A DNA stretch of 64,000 nucleotides from Tagaea sp. (GTDB lineage Bacteria; Pseudomonadota; Alphaproteobacteria; CACIAM-22H2), in NCBI GenBank assembly GCA_965279525.1, contig CBDIIB010000003.1, positions 288,001 to 352,000 on the forward strand. Direction: 5' to 3'. Made by a program: the position numbers and the translations under genes. This document shows, piece after piece, positions 1-10,127 of the stretch (position 1 is the stretch's first letter; each line of letters starts with the position of its first letter). The notes below the pieces were generated by a model. That model was not told where the DNA came from and did no database searches. It worked only from the letters and a program-made list of their open reading frames with translations.

Positions 1-720
1 GAGATGCCCGGCACCATCGGCAGCTTCGGACTGACCGCGGACGGGCGCGCCATCGTGGCGCTGCGCCACGGCGTGCATCTGTTCGACATGCGCACCGGAA
101 AGTTCGAGTTCCTCGTCCATCCGGAGCCGGAGCCCGCGACCAACCGCCTGAACGACGGCAAGGTCGGCCCCGACGGACGCTTCTGGGTCGGCTCGATGGA
201 TGATCGTCCCGAAAAGCAGCCGGTCGCCAACCTTTACCGGATCGATCCCGACGGAAAGTCGACCCGCATGTTCGAAGGGTCGACCGTGTCGAACGGACTG
301 GCGTGGAGCCCGGACGGGCGCACGCTCTACCATTCCGACAGCCGTCAGCGCTTCCTGCAGGCCTTCGACTACGACCTGGCCAGCGGCAACATCGCCAACC
401 GCCGCACGGTCCGGACCTTCACCGAAGAAGAGGGCCGCCCGGACGGGGCTGCCGTCGACAGTGAAGGCTATTACTGGAGCTCGGGCGTGTCGGCCGGCTG
501 CCTCAACCGCGTTGCGCCGGACGGAACGATCGAACGCAAGATCATGCTGCCGCTCGCGGCCCCGACGATGCCGTGCTTCGGCGGCGACGATCTCAAGACG
601 CTGTTCGTCACGTCGCTGACCAGCGACCGGCTCGGCCCCAAGCAGGCCGGCACGCTGGTGTCGTTGCGCGTCGACGTCGCGGGCGCACCCGTCGGGCGTT
701 TCGGCGCGACGCATCAGTAG
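1..720 (+). CDS. SMP-30/gluconolactonase/LRE family protein (probably 5'-truncated by the window edge)
   Basis: Motifs RLNDGKVGPDGRFWVGSM, SNGLAWSPDG and GRPDGAAVD. The frame is open from base 1 and the ORF is shorter than typical ~290-aa members. Confidence 0.9.
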   Translation, partial: EMPGTIGSFGLTADGRAIVALRHGVHLFDMRTGKFEFLVHPEPEPATNRLNDGKVGPDGRFWVGSMDDRPEKQPVANLYRIDPDGKSTRMFEGSTVSNGLAWSPDGRTLYHSDSRQRFLQAFDYDLASGNIANRRTVRTFTEEEGRPDGAAVDSEGYYWSSGVSAGCLNRVAPDGTIERKIMLPLAAPTMPCFGGDDLKTLFVTSLTSDRLGPKQAGTLVSLRVDVAGAPVGRFGATHQ

Positions 721-2021
721 CGCGGCCTGTCCGAGTTCCAGTCCGGCCGGTACTTGCGCATCTCCTTGGCGTCGTCGCGTTTGCGGATGCCGCAGTCGAG
801 ATACTGCTTGTGCAGGATCGCCAGCGCCGCACGGTCGAGGCGCACGCCAAGGCCGGGGCCGGGCGGCGGGGCCAGCGAGCCGCCTTCGAACCTGAAGATC
901 GACCGCCCACCTTCGACGACTTCTTCGACCTGCCACGGATAGTGTGTGTCGCAGGCATAGGCGAGGTTGGGGATCGTCACGCCGACATGCGTCATCGCGG
1001 CAAGGCTGATGCCGAGATGCGAGTTGGAGTGCATCGAGATGCCGAGCCCGAACGTGCGTCCATAGTGCGCGAGCGTCTGCGTGGCGCGCAGGCCGCCCCA
1101 GTAGTGATGGTCGGTAAGGATCACCTGCATGGCGCCCAGGCGCACGGTCTTCGGGATATGGCCGAAGGCGACCGTCACCATGTTGGTGGCGAGCGGCAGC
1201 GTCGAGAATTTCGCGACCTCGCCCGCCTCGTCGAGGCTGTTGACCGGATCTTCCAGATATTCGAGCAGGCCTTCGAACTGCGGCATCAGGCGACGCGTCG
1301 TTTCGACCGACCAGCCGCCGTTGGGATCGATGCGCAGCGGATAGCCGGGGAACGCCTTGGCGATGGCGCGCAGCGTGTCGATCTCGAACTCCGGCTCGAA
1401 CACGCCAGCCTTCAGCTTGATCGAGCGGAAGCCGTATTCCCCGACCATTCGGCGGGTCTGCTCGACCATCTGCGCGTGGGTGAGTGCTTCGCCCCAGTCG
1501 TCGGGCGGATAGCCGGGGTCGTCCTTGTGCTGCTTGAACTTGTAGAAGAGGTAGGCGCTGTACGCGACCCGGTCGCGCACCGCGCCGCCGAGGATCTCGA
1601 AGAGGGGGCGATCGGCGATCTGTCCCTGCAGGTCGAGAAACGCGACCTCGAAGGCGCCGATGGCGCTCGCCAGTGCCTTGTCGCCGGCGTGCGGGAAATC
1701 CTGGCCGGCGAAGGGTGTGCCGGTGACGGCCTCGTATACCCTTGCCGTCAATCCGTTGAGGTCGAACGGATCGAGGCCGACCAGCCGGGGCTTCGCCTTG
1801 GCGAGATTGCCGAGCGTCTCGAGATCGCCGTAGCTTTCGCCAAGGCCGATCCGCCCGTCGTCGGTCTCGATCTCGATGATCGAGCGCAGCGCCCACGGTT
1901 CGTGCACGCCGACGACGTTGAGCAGCGGCGGATCGCGGAACGCGATGGGCGTGACGCGGACATCGTCAATTCTCGGGCGGCGCGAAACTGTCGCGGCAGC
2001 CTCGACGGTCGGACGCTTCAT
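714..2021 (-). CDS. Glucarate dehydratase-related enolase-superfamily protein
   Basis: KLKAG, DPNG, EDP, TNM, MHSNSH and CDTHYPW match the GlucD catalytic and metal-ligand motifs. Confidence 0.85.
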   Translation of the reverse strand: MKRPTVEAAATVSRRPRIDDVRVTPIAFRDPPLLNVVGVHEPWALRSIIEIETDDGRIGLGESYGDLETLGNLAKAKPRLVGLDPFDLNGLTARVYEAVTGTPFAGQDFPHAGDKALASAIGAFEVAFLDLQGQIADRPLFEILGGAVRDRVAYSAYLFYKFKQHKDDPGYPPDDWGEALTHAQMVEQTRRMVGEYGFRSIKLKAGVFEPEFEIDTLRAIAKAFPGYPLRIDPNGGWSVETTRRLMPQFEGLLEYLEDPVNSLDEAGEVAKFSTLPLATNMVTVAFGHIPKTVRLGAMQVILTDHHYWGGLRATQTLAHYGRTFGLGISMHSNSHLGISLAAMTHVGVTIPNLAYACDTHYPWQVEEVVEGGRSIFRFEGGSLAPPPGPGLGVRLDRAALAILHKQYLDCGIRKRDDAKEMRKYRPDWNSDRPRY

Positions 2022-2077
2022 GGTGCTTCCCCCTCGGACGGCGGCAAGGATAGCGGCCCTTCAAGTACAGGAAAAGA

Positions 2078-2091
2078 ACTAATATATTAGT
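2078..2091. promoter_or_regulatory. Perfect 14-bp palindrome ACTAATATATTAGT, putative GntR operator 1
   Basis: Lies in the divergent dehydratase/gntR intergenic region; a near-identical copy occurs at 2924-2941. Confidence 0.75.
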
Positions 2092-2127
2092 GCGTGACAA
2101 TCCGGAATAATCGGCTACCCTTGCGCC

Positions 2128-2928
2128 ATGAAGAAGCAGACCGCGTTAGCGGCGCCGACGAAGGGGAGAGCAGCCGGCAGGTCCGGCCGCGTGCGGCGCG
2201 TGAACGGCCGCTCGCTCGAGCGGGGCCGTCTGGCCGCGATCCAGGTTTTCGACCAGCTGCGCGACATGATCCTTTCGCTGATCCTGGCGCCCGGTGCAGT
2301 CTTGTCGCGCGTGGCGCTTGCGCGACAGTTCGGCGTCAGCCAGACGCCTGTGCGCGACGCGCTGATGCGCCTTTCCGCCGAGGGCCTGGTCGAGGTCTTT
2401 CCGCAGCACGCGACCGTCGTCAGCCTGATCGACCTGACGGCCGCGCGCCAGGCCCATTTCCTGCGCCGATCGATGGAGCTCGAGGTCGTGCGGGCGCTGG
2501 CCATCGAGCATAAACCCGAGACGGTCGCCCAGCTGCGCGACAGCATAGAAGGCCAGCGCGCCTGCGCCCGGCGGGAGGATCTGAAGGGCTTTTCCGATGC
2601 CGACCGGGCGTTCCACCGCGTCATGTACGAGGCCGCAGGCGTCCCCGACATGTGGCTGCTGATGCACCGGCATTGCGGCCAGCTCGACAGGCTGCGCCGT
2701 CTCAACCTTCCCGACCTTTGCAAGATCGAGACGGTGCTTGCCGACCATACGGCGATCGTCGATGCGATCGCCGACCGGCAGCCCGAACTTGCCCAGGCGT
2801 TCCTGCGCAAGCACCTCTCCGGCACGCTCGCCAACATCGAGGCGCTGAGCGCCCGCTTTCCGAAGTACATGCGCAGTTCCGAGCCGGCACGGCCGGCGGA
2901 GGGCCCCGCAGCCGGGTTGACACTCTGA
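2128..2928 (+). CDS. GntR family (FCD-domain) transcriptional regulator
   Basis: wHTH LARQFGVSQTPVRDAL; FCD-type motifs DRAFH, DHTAIVDAI and KHL. Confidence 0.93.
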   Translation: MKKQTALAAPTKGRAAGRSGRVRRVNGRSLERGRLAAIQVFDQLRDMILSLILAPGAVLSRVALARQFGVSQTPVRDALMRLSAEGLVEVFPQHATVVSLIDLTAARQAHFLRRSMELEVVRALAIEHKPETVAQLRDSIEGQRACARREDLKGFSDADRAFHRVMYEAAGVPDMWLLMHRHCGQLDRLRRLNLPDLCKIETVLADHTAIVDAIADRQPELAQAFLRKHLSGTLANIEALSARFPKYMRSSEPARPAEGPAAGLTL

Positions 2929-2946
2929 TATATTAGTGCGTAAATC
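2917..2946 (+). promoter_or_regulatory. Putative sigma70 promoter of the ABC operon with GntR operator 2 in the spacer
   Basis: TTGACA at 2917-2922, then TCTGATATATTAGTGCG, then a TAAATC -10-like element. Confidence 0.65.
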
Positions 2947-3027
2947 CTGTCGACGATGGGGGACCCGGACCAACCGGGCCCGCATCGACGAAATCGCCGC
3001 CAGACGGCCAAAGAAGAGGGGGAAACG

Positions 3028-4992
3028 ATGACCGACAGCAAGAACCAGATTTCCGATCGTATCGACGCCGTCGACCGGCGAACACTGCTGCAGGGCATCG
3101 CAGGTGCCGCGGCGATCGCGGCGGCTCCGTCGTTCGCGTTCGCGCAAGGCGCGCCGAAGGAAGCCCCCGAACTCGCCAAGCTCGTCGCCGAAGGCAAGCT
3201 GCCGCCGCTCGCCCAGCGCCTGCCGGCGTCGCCGTCGGTCATCCAGCCGCACGAGACGGTCGGCCGCTACGGCGGCACGCTGCGCCGCGGCCTGCGCGGT
3301 TCGAGCGACCACAACGGCATCCTGCGCATGGTCGGCAACCAGGGCCTCGTGCGCTGGAACCTTGCCTTCACCGAAGTGCTGCCCAACGTGGCCGAGCGCT
3401 GGGAAGTCAACCCGACCGCGACCGAGTTCACGTTCCACCTGCGCGCCGGCATGAAATGGTCGGACGGCAAGCCCTTCGGCGCCGACGACGTCGTCTTCGC
3501 GATCGAGGACTGCACGAAGAACTCCGAACTCTACCGTTCGGTCCCGTCGGTGCTGACGATCGGCGGCAAGCCGGCCGTCGTCACGAAGGTGAGCGACACG
3601 GCCGTCAAGTTCACGTTCGCCGCCCCCTACGCGATGTTCCTCGAGAACCTTGCGACACCGCTGGGCCAGCATCCCACGCTGTTCCCGAAGCACTATTGCA
3701 GCCAGTTCCATCCCAAGTACAACGCGGGCCTCGACGCGCAGGTCAAGGCGGCCAACATGTCCGACTGGCCCACGCTGTTCCGCGCGCGTTGCGGCGACAT
3801 CGAGATCCCGTCGCGCTGGGGCAATGCCGACAAGCCGACGATCGATCCCTGGATCATCGCCGAGGCCTATACGGGCGGTGCCACGCGCGTCGTGATGAAG
3901 CGCAATCCGTATTTCTGGCAGGTCGACACGCAGGGCGCGCAGCTCCCCTACGTCGACCAGATCACGATGAACATCTCGCAGGACGTCGAATCGCTGATGC
4001 TCGACACGATCTCGGGCCGTATCGACATCCAGGACCGCCACATCGACTCGCTGCAGAACAAGCCGACGCTCTCGCAGAACATGCAGCGCGGCGGCTACCG
4101 CCTGGTCGAGCTGGTCGCCTCGGGCGCCCAGCAGTGCCAGATCTACCTGAACATGACGCACAAAGACCCGAAGATGCGCGAGATGTTCGCCAACAAGGAG
4201 TTCCGCCAGGCGCTCTCGCTGGGCATCGACCGCAAGGAGATCATCGACCTGGTCTATCTCGGCCAGTCGGAGCCTTACCAGACCGGTCCGCGTCCGGGCC
4301 ATCCCTGGTACCATGAGAAACTTTCGCGCCAGTTCACGTCGCACGATGCCAAGGAAGCCAACGCGATCCTCGACCGTCTCGGCTACAGCCGCCGCGGCTC
4401 GGACGGCATCCGCCTGCGGCCCGACGGCCAGAAGGTGTTCTTCTCGATCGACGTGATCCCGACGCTGTACCCCGACGCGGTCGACACGCTCGAACTCGTC
4501 AAGCGTCACTGGGCGGCGATCGGCGTGGACATGAAGGTCAACACGATCGAACGCGCGCTCTACTACACGCGTGGCGACAACAACGACCACGATGCGGCGA
4601 CGTGGCCGGGTCCGGGCGGGCTCGACCCGATCCTCGATCCGCGCGACTATCTTGCCCAGCATCCGCAGGGCTCGCGCTACGCGATCCCGTGGACGCAGTG
4701 GTACGTGTCCGGCGGCAAGGAAGGGCAGGAACCGCCCGAAAGCCAGAAGCGCCGCATGAAGCTGTTCGACGACGCGCGCGCCACGCCGGACCTCGCCAAG
4801 CGCGGGGCCTTCGTCAAGGAGATCATGGACCTCGCGGCCGACGCCTTCGAGACGATCGGCGTCTGCCTTGCGGTCAACTCCTTCGGCATCGCGAAGAACA
4901 ACCTGAAGAACGTGCCCGCGAAGATGCCCAACGCGTGGAGCTGGCCGAACCCCGGGCCGTCGCTGCCGCAGCAGTTCTTCTTCACGTCCTGA
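3028..4992 (+). CDS. ABC transporter substrate-binding protein, family 5 (peptide/oligosaccharide type), Tat signal
   Basis: Twin-arginine DRRTLLQG, GKLPPLAQRLP, LRAGMKWSDGKPF and QLPYVD; purine-rich RBS before the ATG at 3028. Confidence 0.92.
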   Translation: MTDSKNQISDRIDAVDRRTLLQGIAGAAAIAAAPSFAFAQGAPKEAPELAKLVAEGKLPPLAQRLPASPSVIQPHETVGRYGGTLRRGLRGSSDHNGILRMVGNQGLVRWNLAFTEVLPNVAERWEVNPTATEFTFHLRAGMKWSDGKPFGADDVVFAIEDCTKNSELYRSVPSVLTIGGKPAVVTKVSDTAVKFTFAAPYAMFLENLATPLGQHPTLFPKHYCSQFHPKYNAGLDAQVKAANMSDWPTLFRARCGDIEIPSRWGNADKPTIDPWIIAEAYTGGATRVVMKRNPYFWQVDTQGAQLPYVDQITMNISQDVESLMLDTISGRIDIQDRHIDSLQNKPTLSQNMQRGGYRLVELVASGAQQCQIYLNMTHKDPKMREMFANKEFRQALSLGIDRKEIIDLVYLGQSEPYQTGPRPGHPWYHEKLSRQFTSHDAKEANAILDRLGYSRRGSDGIRLRPDGQKVFFSIDVIPTLYPDAVDTLELVKRHWAAIGVDMKVNTIERALYYTRGDNNDHDAATWPGPGGLDPILDPRDYLAQHPQGSRYAIPWTQWYVSGGKEGQEPPESQKRRMKLFDDARATPDLAKRGAFVKEIMDLAADAFETIGVCLAVNSFGIAKNNLKNVPAKMPNAWSWPNPGPSLPQQFFFTS

Positions 4993-5002
4993 CCGACTGA
5001 CG

Positions 5003-5046
5003 GACGGCCGGTGTCCCTTGCGGGGGACGCCGGCCGTCGCCTTTTC
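5003..5046 (+). terminator. Long GC hairpin with short U-tract between the SBP and permease genes (partial terminator or mRNA stabiliser)
   Basis: GACGGCCGGTGTCCCT-TGCG-GGGGACGCCGGCCGTC followed by GCCTTTT. Confidence 0.6.
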
Positions 5047-5080
5047 CGCCCATCGCCACAGCGCTCCCGGTTTGCACGAC

Positions 5081-6067
5081 ATGCTGCGTTTCATCGTCCT
5101 GCGTCTGATCTGGATGATCCCGTCCCTGATCGCCGTGAGCTTCCTCGCGTTCGTGCTCATCCAGCTTCCGCCGGGCGACTACGTCACCACCTATATCGCC
5201 ACGCTTGCCGCTTCGAACGAGGTCGTCGACCAGAACACGGCGGCTGACCTTCGCGCGCGCTTCGGTCTCGACCAGCCGATGGCCATCCAGTATCTCAAGT
5301 GGATTGTCGGCATCCTGTCGGAAGGCAATTTCGGCCTCAGCTTCGAGTGGCAGCAGCCGGTCTCGGAACTGATCTGGGAGCGCATGGCGCTCACCCTCGT
5401 GCTCACCGTCTCGACGCTGATCGTCACGTGGGGCATCGCTTTGCCCATCGGCGTGTTCTCGGCGGTGAAGAAATATTCGGTCGGCGACTATATCGCGACG
5501 TTCTTCAGCTTCCTTGGCCTCGCGATCCCGAGCTTCCTGCTCGCCCTCGTGCTGATGTACGTCGCCGCGGTCCAACTCGGGCAGGAGGTGGGCGGGCTCT
5601 TTTCCGAACGCTTCGTCAACGCGCCGTGGAGCTTCGCCAAGACCGTCGACCTGATCGCGCATCTGTGGGTGCCGGTCATCATCCTGGCCGTCTCGGGCAC
5701 GGCGAGCCTCATCCGCGTCATGCGCGCGAACATGCTCGACGAGCTCAACAAGCCCTACGTGACGACGGCCCGCGCCAAGGGCCTGTCGGAATTCGCGCTG
5801 CTCGTGAAGTATCCGCTGCGCGTGGCGCTCAACCCGTTCATCTCGACGATCGCGTGGCTGCTGCCAAATCTCGTGTCCGGCTCGATCATCGTGGCCATCG
5901 TGCTGAGCCTGCCGACGGCCGGCCCCATGCTGCTCCAGTCGCTGATGAGCCAGGACATGTATCTCGCGGGCGCCTTCGTGCTGCTCATCTGCGCGCTGAC
6001 GCTGGTGGGGGCGCTGGTCAGCGACATCCTGTTGGCGCTCGTCGATCCGCGTATCCGGCTGGAGTAG
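5081..6067 (+). CDS. ABC transporter permease (DppB/OppB-like)
   Basis: FGLDQP, YVTTARAKGL (EAA loop) and C-terminal VDPRIR. Confidence 0.93.
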   Translation: MLRFIVLRLIWMIPSLIAVSFLAFVLIQLPPGDYVTTYIATLAASNEVVDQNTAADLRARFGLDQPMAIQYLKWIVGILSEGNFGLSFEWQQPVSELIWERMALTLVLTVSTLIVTWGIALPIGVFSAVKKYSVGDYIATFFSFLGLAIPSFLLALVLMYVAAVQLGQEVGGLFSERFVNAPWSFAKTVDLIAHLWVPVIILAVSGTASLIRVMRANMLDELNKPYVTTARAKGLSEFALLVKYPLRVALNPFISTIAWLLPNLVSGSIIVAIVLSLPTAGPMLLQSLMSQDMYLAGAFVLLICALTLVGALVSDILLALVDPRIRLE

Positions 6068-6070
6068 GCG

Positions 6071-7198
6071 ATGAGCGAGATCCAGTCCGTCGCCGTCGAC
6101 AACAAGCGGCTTGCCGTCGCTTCGCAGTGGCAGCTCGTCTGGTGGGCGTTCAAGCGCCACCAGCTCGCGATGATCGGCCTCGTCGTCGTGGTCGTGCTCT
6201 ACGTCATCGCCGCCGTCCCCGGTTTCTTCGCGGTCAACGATCCCGCACTCCAGAACGCGCGCGCGGCCTACCATCCGCCGCAGGCACTCCATTTCATCGA
6301 GACGGATGCTGACGGCAGCTGGCGCATCAAGCCCTATATCCACCCCTACCAGCTGCGCCGAGACCCGCAGACGCTGGCGGCGGTCTATGTCGAAGACACG
6401 AACCGCAAGGTCTATGTGACGATGTTCGGCACCGGCTATGCCTACACGGTGCTCGGCCTGTTCACGGCGAACACGCACATGTTCGCGTCGAGCGAGCCGC
6501 GCCAGCCGCTGTTCCTGCTGGGTGCCGACCGTCTCGGGCGCTGCGTCTACAGCCGCATCATGCAGGGCGCCCAGATCTCGCTGTCGGTCGGTCTCGTTGG
6601 CGTGTTCCTGTCGCTGACGATCGGCGTCGTGCTGGGCGGCATTTCGGGCTACTACGGCGGCAAGTCCGATTTCGCGATCCAGCGCGTGATCGAATTCATC
6701 CTGTCTCTGCCGACGATCCCGATCTGGCTGGCGATGGCGGCGGCCCTGCCGCAGGACTGGCCGGCGATCACGCAGTATTTCATGATCACGCTGATCCTTT
6801 CGCTGACCGGCTGGGCGCAGCTCGCGCGCGTCGTGCGCGGCCGCTTCCTCAGCTTGCGCACCGAGGAGTTCGTCGTGGCAGCACGCCTCGACGGGGCCTC
6901 GGAAGGGCGCATCATTTTCCGGCACATGCTGCCGAGCTTCATGAGCCACATCATCGCCAGCATCACGTTGGCAATTCCCGCGATGATCCTTGCCGAGACG
7001 TCGCTGTCGTTCCTCGGCCTCGGCCTGCAACCGCCGACCATCTCGTGGGGCGTGCTGCTGCGCGAAGCGCAGAACATCCGCTCGATCGCGACGGCACCCT
7101 GGCTGTTCGCCCCCGGTGCCGCCGTCGTCATCGCCGTGATGGCGCTCAACTTCCTCGGCGACGGCCTGCGCGACGCGGCGGATCCGTACAACAAATGA
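6071..7198 (+). CDS. ABC transporter permease (DppC/OppC-like)
   Basis: LGADRLGR, EFVVAARLDGA and NFLGDGLRDAADP. Confidence 0.93.
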   Translation: MSEIQSVAVDNKRLAVASQWQLVWWAFKRHQLAMIGLVVVVVLYVIAAVPGFFAVNDPALQNARAAYHPPQALHFIETDADGSWRIKPYIHPYQLRRDPQTLAAVYVEDTNRKVYVTMFGTGYAYTVLGLFTANTHMFASSEPRQPLFLLGADRLGRCVYSRIMQGAQISLSVGLVGVFLSLTIGVVLGGISGYYGGKSDFAIQRVIEFILSLPTIPIWLAMAAALPQDWPAITQYFMITLILSLTGWAQLARVVRGRFLSLRTEEFVVAARLDGASEGRIIFRHMLPSFMSHIIASITLAIPAMILAETSLSFLGLGLQPPTISWGVLLREAQNIRSIATAPWLFAPGAAVVIAVMALNFLGDGLRDAADPYNK

Positions 7199-8892
7199 CA
7201 GCAGCTCCAAAAGACGGTGACATCGTCCTCGACGTGCGCGACCTCGTCACGCACTTCGCCACCCGTACCGGCGTGGTGAAGGCGGTCGACGGCGTGTCGT
7301 TCGCCGTCCGGCGTGGCAAGACGCTGTGCGTGGTCGGCGAGAGCGGCAGCGGCAAGAGCGTGACCGCCCGCTCGATCCTGCAGATCGTCGACGTGCCCGG
7401 CCGGATCGTCTCGGGCTCGATGGTGCTGCACCGGCCCGACGGCAGTTCGGTCGATCTGGCCCAGCTCCATCCGCGCAGCAAGGAAATCCGCGCCGTGCGC
7501 GGTGCCGAGATCGCGATGATCTTCCAGGAGCCGATGTCGTCGCTGTCGCCCGTGCACACGGTCGGCGACCAGATCATGGAAGTGCTGCGCCTGCACCTCG
7601 GCATGGACAAGGCCGCCGCGCGCGCGCGGACGGTCGAGCTGTTGAAGCAGGTCGAGATCCCCAATCCCGACCGCGCGGTCGACCGCTACACGTTCGAGTT
7701 CTCCGGCGGCATGCGCCAGCGCGTCATGATCGCGATGTCGCTCGCCTGCAATCCGTCGATGCTGATCGCCGACGAACCGACGACGGCGCTCGACGTGACG
7801 ACGCAGGCCGAGATCCTCGATCTCATCAAGCGGCTGCAGACGAAGTTCGGCATGGCGGTGCTGTTCATCACGCACGACATGGGCGTGGTGGCCGAGATCG
7901 CCGACGAAGTGCTCGTGATGTACCACGGTAAGGTCATGGAGAGCGGCCCGGTCGAGCAGATATTCCATGCGCCGAAGGACGAATACACGCGCATGCTGAT
8001 CGGCTCGGTGCTGCGCCTGGAACAGAAGGCGGAGATCCGCCTGAAGCGCGAACCGATCCGCGAAGAAGCCCCGCCGGTCATCGAGGTGCGCGGCCTGCGC
8101 ATGCATTTCGGCGAGGGGAAGAATGTCACCAAGGCAGTCGACGACGTTTCGCTGATCGTCCGCCCGGGCGAGACGCTGGGCATCGTTGGCGAGTCCGGGT
8201 CGGGCAAGACGACGATGGGGCGCTGCCTGCTGCGCGTCTACGAACCCAACGGCGGGGCGATCGACTACCGGCGTGCCGACGGCAGCGTCGTCGACCTCGT
8301 GTCGGCCGACAAGGAAACATTGAAGGCAATGCGCCGCGAGATCCGGATGATCTTCCAGGATCCGGTCGGCTCGCTCAATCCGCGCATGACCGTCGCCCAG
8401 ATCATCGGCGAGCCGCTCTACGTCAATGGTCTTGCCAAGGGTACGGAACTTGACGACCGGGTCGCCGGGCTGATGAAGCAGGTCGGCCTCGAGCCGGCAT
8501 GGCGCGAACGCTATCCGCACGCCTTCTCGGGCGGGCAGCGCCAGCGCATCGGCATCGCGCGCGCGATCGCACTCAAGCCGCGCGTCATCGTCGCCGACGA
8601 GGCGACGTCGGCGCTGGACGTGTCGATCCGCTCGCAGATGCTCGACCTGATGATGAACCTGCAGGACGAGCTCGGGCTGTCCTACGTGTTCATCAGCCAC
8701 GACATCGGCGTGATCCGCTACATGTGCGACCGCGTGGCGGTCATGTATCGCGGCAAGGTCGTCGAGACGGGAAGCACCGACCAGGTCTGCGACGCGCCGA
8801 CGCACGACTATACCAAGGCGCTGCTGTCCGCCATTCCGCGTCCCGATCCGCGCCATCGCCGGATCCACGCGCGCTTCCGCTACGCCGGCTAG
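7195..8892 (+). CDS. ABC transporter ATP-binding protein with two fused NBDs (DppD-DppF type)
   Basis: Two Walker A motifs ([16 protein letters not shown]) and two signatures (FSGGMRQ, FSGGQRQ); ATGA overlap with the permease. Confidence 0.93.
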   Translation: MTAAPKDGDIVLDVRDLVTHFATRTGVVKAVDGVSFAVRRGKTLCVVGESGSGKSVTARSILQIVDVPGRIVSGSMVLHRPDGSSVDLAQLHPRSKEIRAVRGAEIAMIFQEPMSSLSPVHTVGDQIMEVLRLHLGMDKAAARARTVELLKQVEIPNPDRAVDRYTFEFSGGMRQRVMIAMSLACNPSMLIADEPTTALDVTTQAEILDLIKRLQTKFGMAVLFITHDMGVVAEIADEVLVMYHGKVMESGPVEQIFHAPKDEYTRMLIGSVLRLEQKAEIRLKREPIREEAPPVIEVRGLRMHFGEGKNVTKAVDDVSLIVRPGETLGIVGESGSGKTTMGRCLLRVYEPNGGAIDYRRADGSVVDLVSADKETLKAMRREIRMIFQDPVGSLNPRMTVAQIIGEPLYVNGLAKGTELDDRVAGLMKQVGLEPAWRERYPHAFSGGQRQRIGIARAIALKPRVIVADEATSALDVSIRSQMLDLMMNLQDELGLSYVFISHDIGVIRYMCDRVAVMYRGKVVETGSTDQVCDAPTHDYTKALLSAIPRPDPRHRRIHARFRYAG

Positions 8893-8900
8893 GAGTTTCC

Positions 8901-10124
8901 ATGCGCATCGTTGACATCCGCACCTTCCTGATGCAGGTGGATGCACCCAATCTGCGCAGCTGGGCTTCCGACGGCTCGTTCGGGCACGAAAAGTCGAAGA
9001 AGGGACTGACGGGCACGCGCAACTGGCTGTTCGTCAAGGTCTATACCGACGAAGGCATCGTCGGCATCGGCGAATGCAGCGGCTGGCCGCGCGTCATCGA
9101 GACGGCCGTGCAGGACCTCAAGTCGATTCTCGTCGGGCAGGACCCGATGAACATCGAGCACCTGTGGCAGAAGATGATGAGCGCGCTGATGGCCCACGGA
9201 ATGCTGGGCACGGTCGGCGGCGGCGCCATGACCGGCATCGACATGGCGCTGTGGGACATCAAGGGCAAGGCGCTCAACACGCCGGTATGGAACCTGCTGG
9301 GCGGCAAGCTGCGCGACAAGATCCGCATCTATGCCCATGCCAACACCGTCGAGGTCGCACTCGACCTCAAGAAGCGCGGCATCACGGCGATCAAGTGCGG
9401 CGGCGTATCCGATCCCGTGCGCAAGGTCGCGATGCTGCGCGAGGCGATCGGGCCGGAAATGGACCTGATGATCGACCTGCACGGACCGCCGTGGTTGACG
9501 CCGGCGGACGCGGCACAGGTCGCCCGCGCGCTCGAACCCTACAAGCTGATGTTCGTCGAGGACCCGATCGCGCCCGAGAATCTCGACGGCTACCGGCGCA
9601 TCCGCGATGCCGCCAACGTCACGCTTGCCGGCGGCGAGCGCATGGCGACGATCTACGGGCTTCGCGAACTGATCGAGAAGGATCTGGTCGACGTGGTGCA
9701 GCCCGACACCGGCCGTGCCGGCGGCATCACGCAGATGAAGAAGATCGCCGCGATGGCCGAGGCGCACCACATCATGATGGCGCCGCATTCGGGTTCGCTC
9801 GGGCCGGTCGCGGAATACGCGGCGCTGCACGTGCTTGCCGCGATCCCCAACGCGCTGATCCTCGAGCGCATCGAGGACGACTGGGCCGGCCGCGCGCAGA
9901 CCGTCATTCCGCATCCGGTCCAGAAAGACGGCTATCTCGAGGTTCCGAACAAGCCGGGCCTTGGCGTGGACATCGACGAGGAATTCGTCGCGCGCTACCC
10001 CAGCGAACGCAATGTTTCCAACCCGGGGAAGTCGACCGATACTTCCTATGCGGCCGGAACGTCCGACGAGCATGTCTATGTGCAGACGCGCCTGCGTCGC
10101 GGGATCTATTTTGGGAAGGATTGA
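8901..10124 (+). CDS. Mandelate racemase/muconate lactonizing enzyme family protein (acid-sugar dehydratase-like)
   Basis: GIDMALWDIKGK, DLHG, EDP, GER and PHSG; AGGAG RBS. Confidence 0.88.
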   Translation: MRIVDIRTFLMQVDAPNLRSWASDGSFGHEKSKKGLTGTRNWLFVKVYTDEGIVGIGECSGWPRVIETAVQDLKSILVGQDPMNIEHLWQKMMSALMAHGMLGTVGGGAMTGIDMALWDIKGKALNTPVWNLLGGKLRDKIRIYAHANTVEVALDLKKRGITAIKCGGVSDPVRKVAMLREAIGPEMDLMIDLHGPPWLTPADAAQVARALEPYKLMFVEDPIAPENLDGYRRIRDAANVTLAGGERMATIYGLRELIEKDLVDVVQPDTGRAGGITQMKKIAAMAEAHHIMMAPHSGSLGPVAEYAALHVLAAIPNALILERIEDDWAGRAQTVIPHPVQKDGYLEVPNKPGLGVDIDEEFVARYPSERNVSNPGKSTDTSYAAGTSDEHVYVQTRLRRGIYFGKD

Positions 10125-10127
10125 GCC

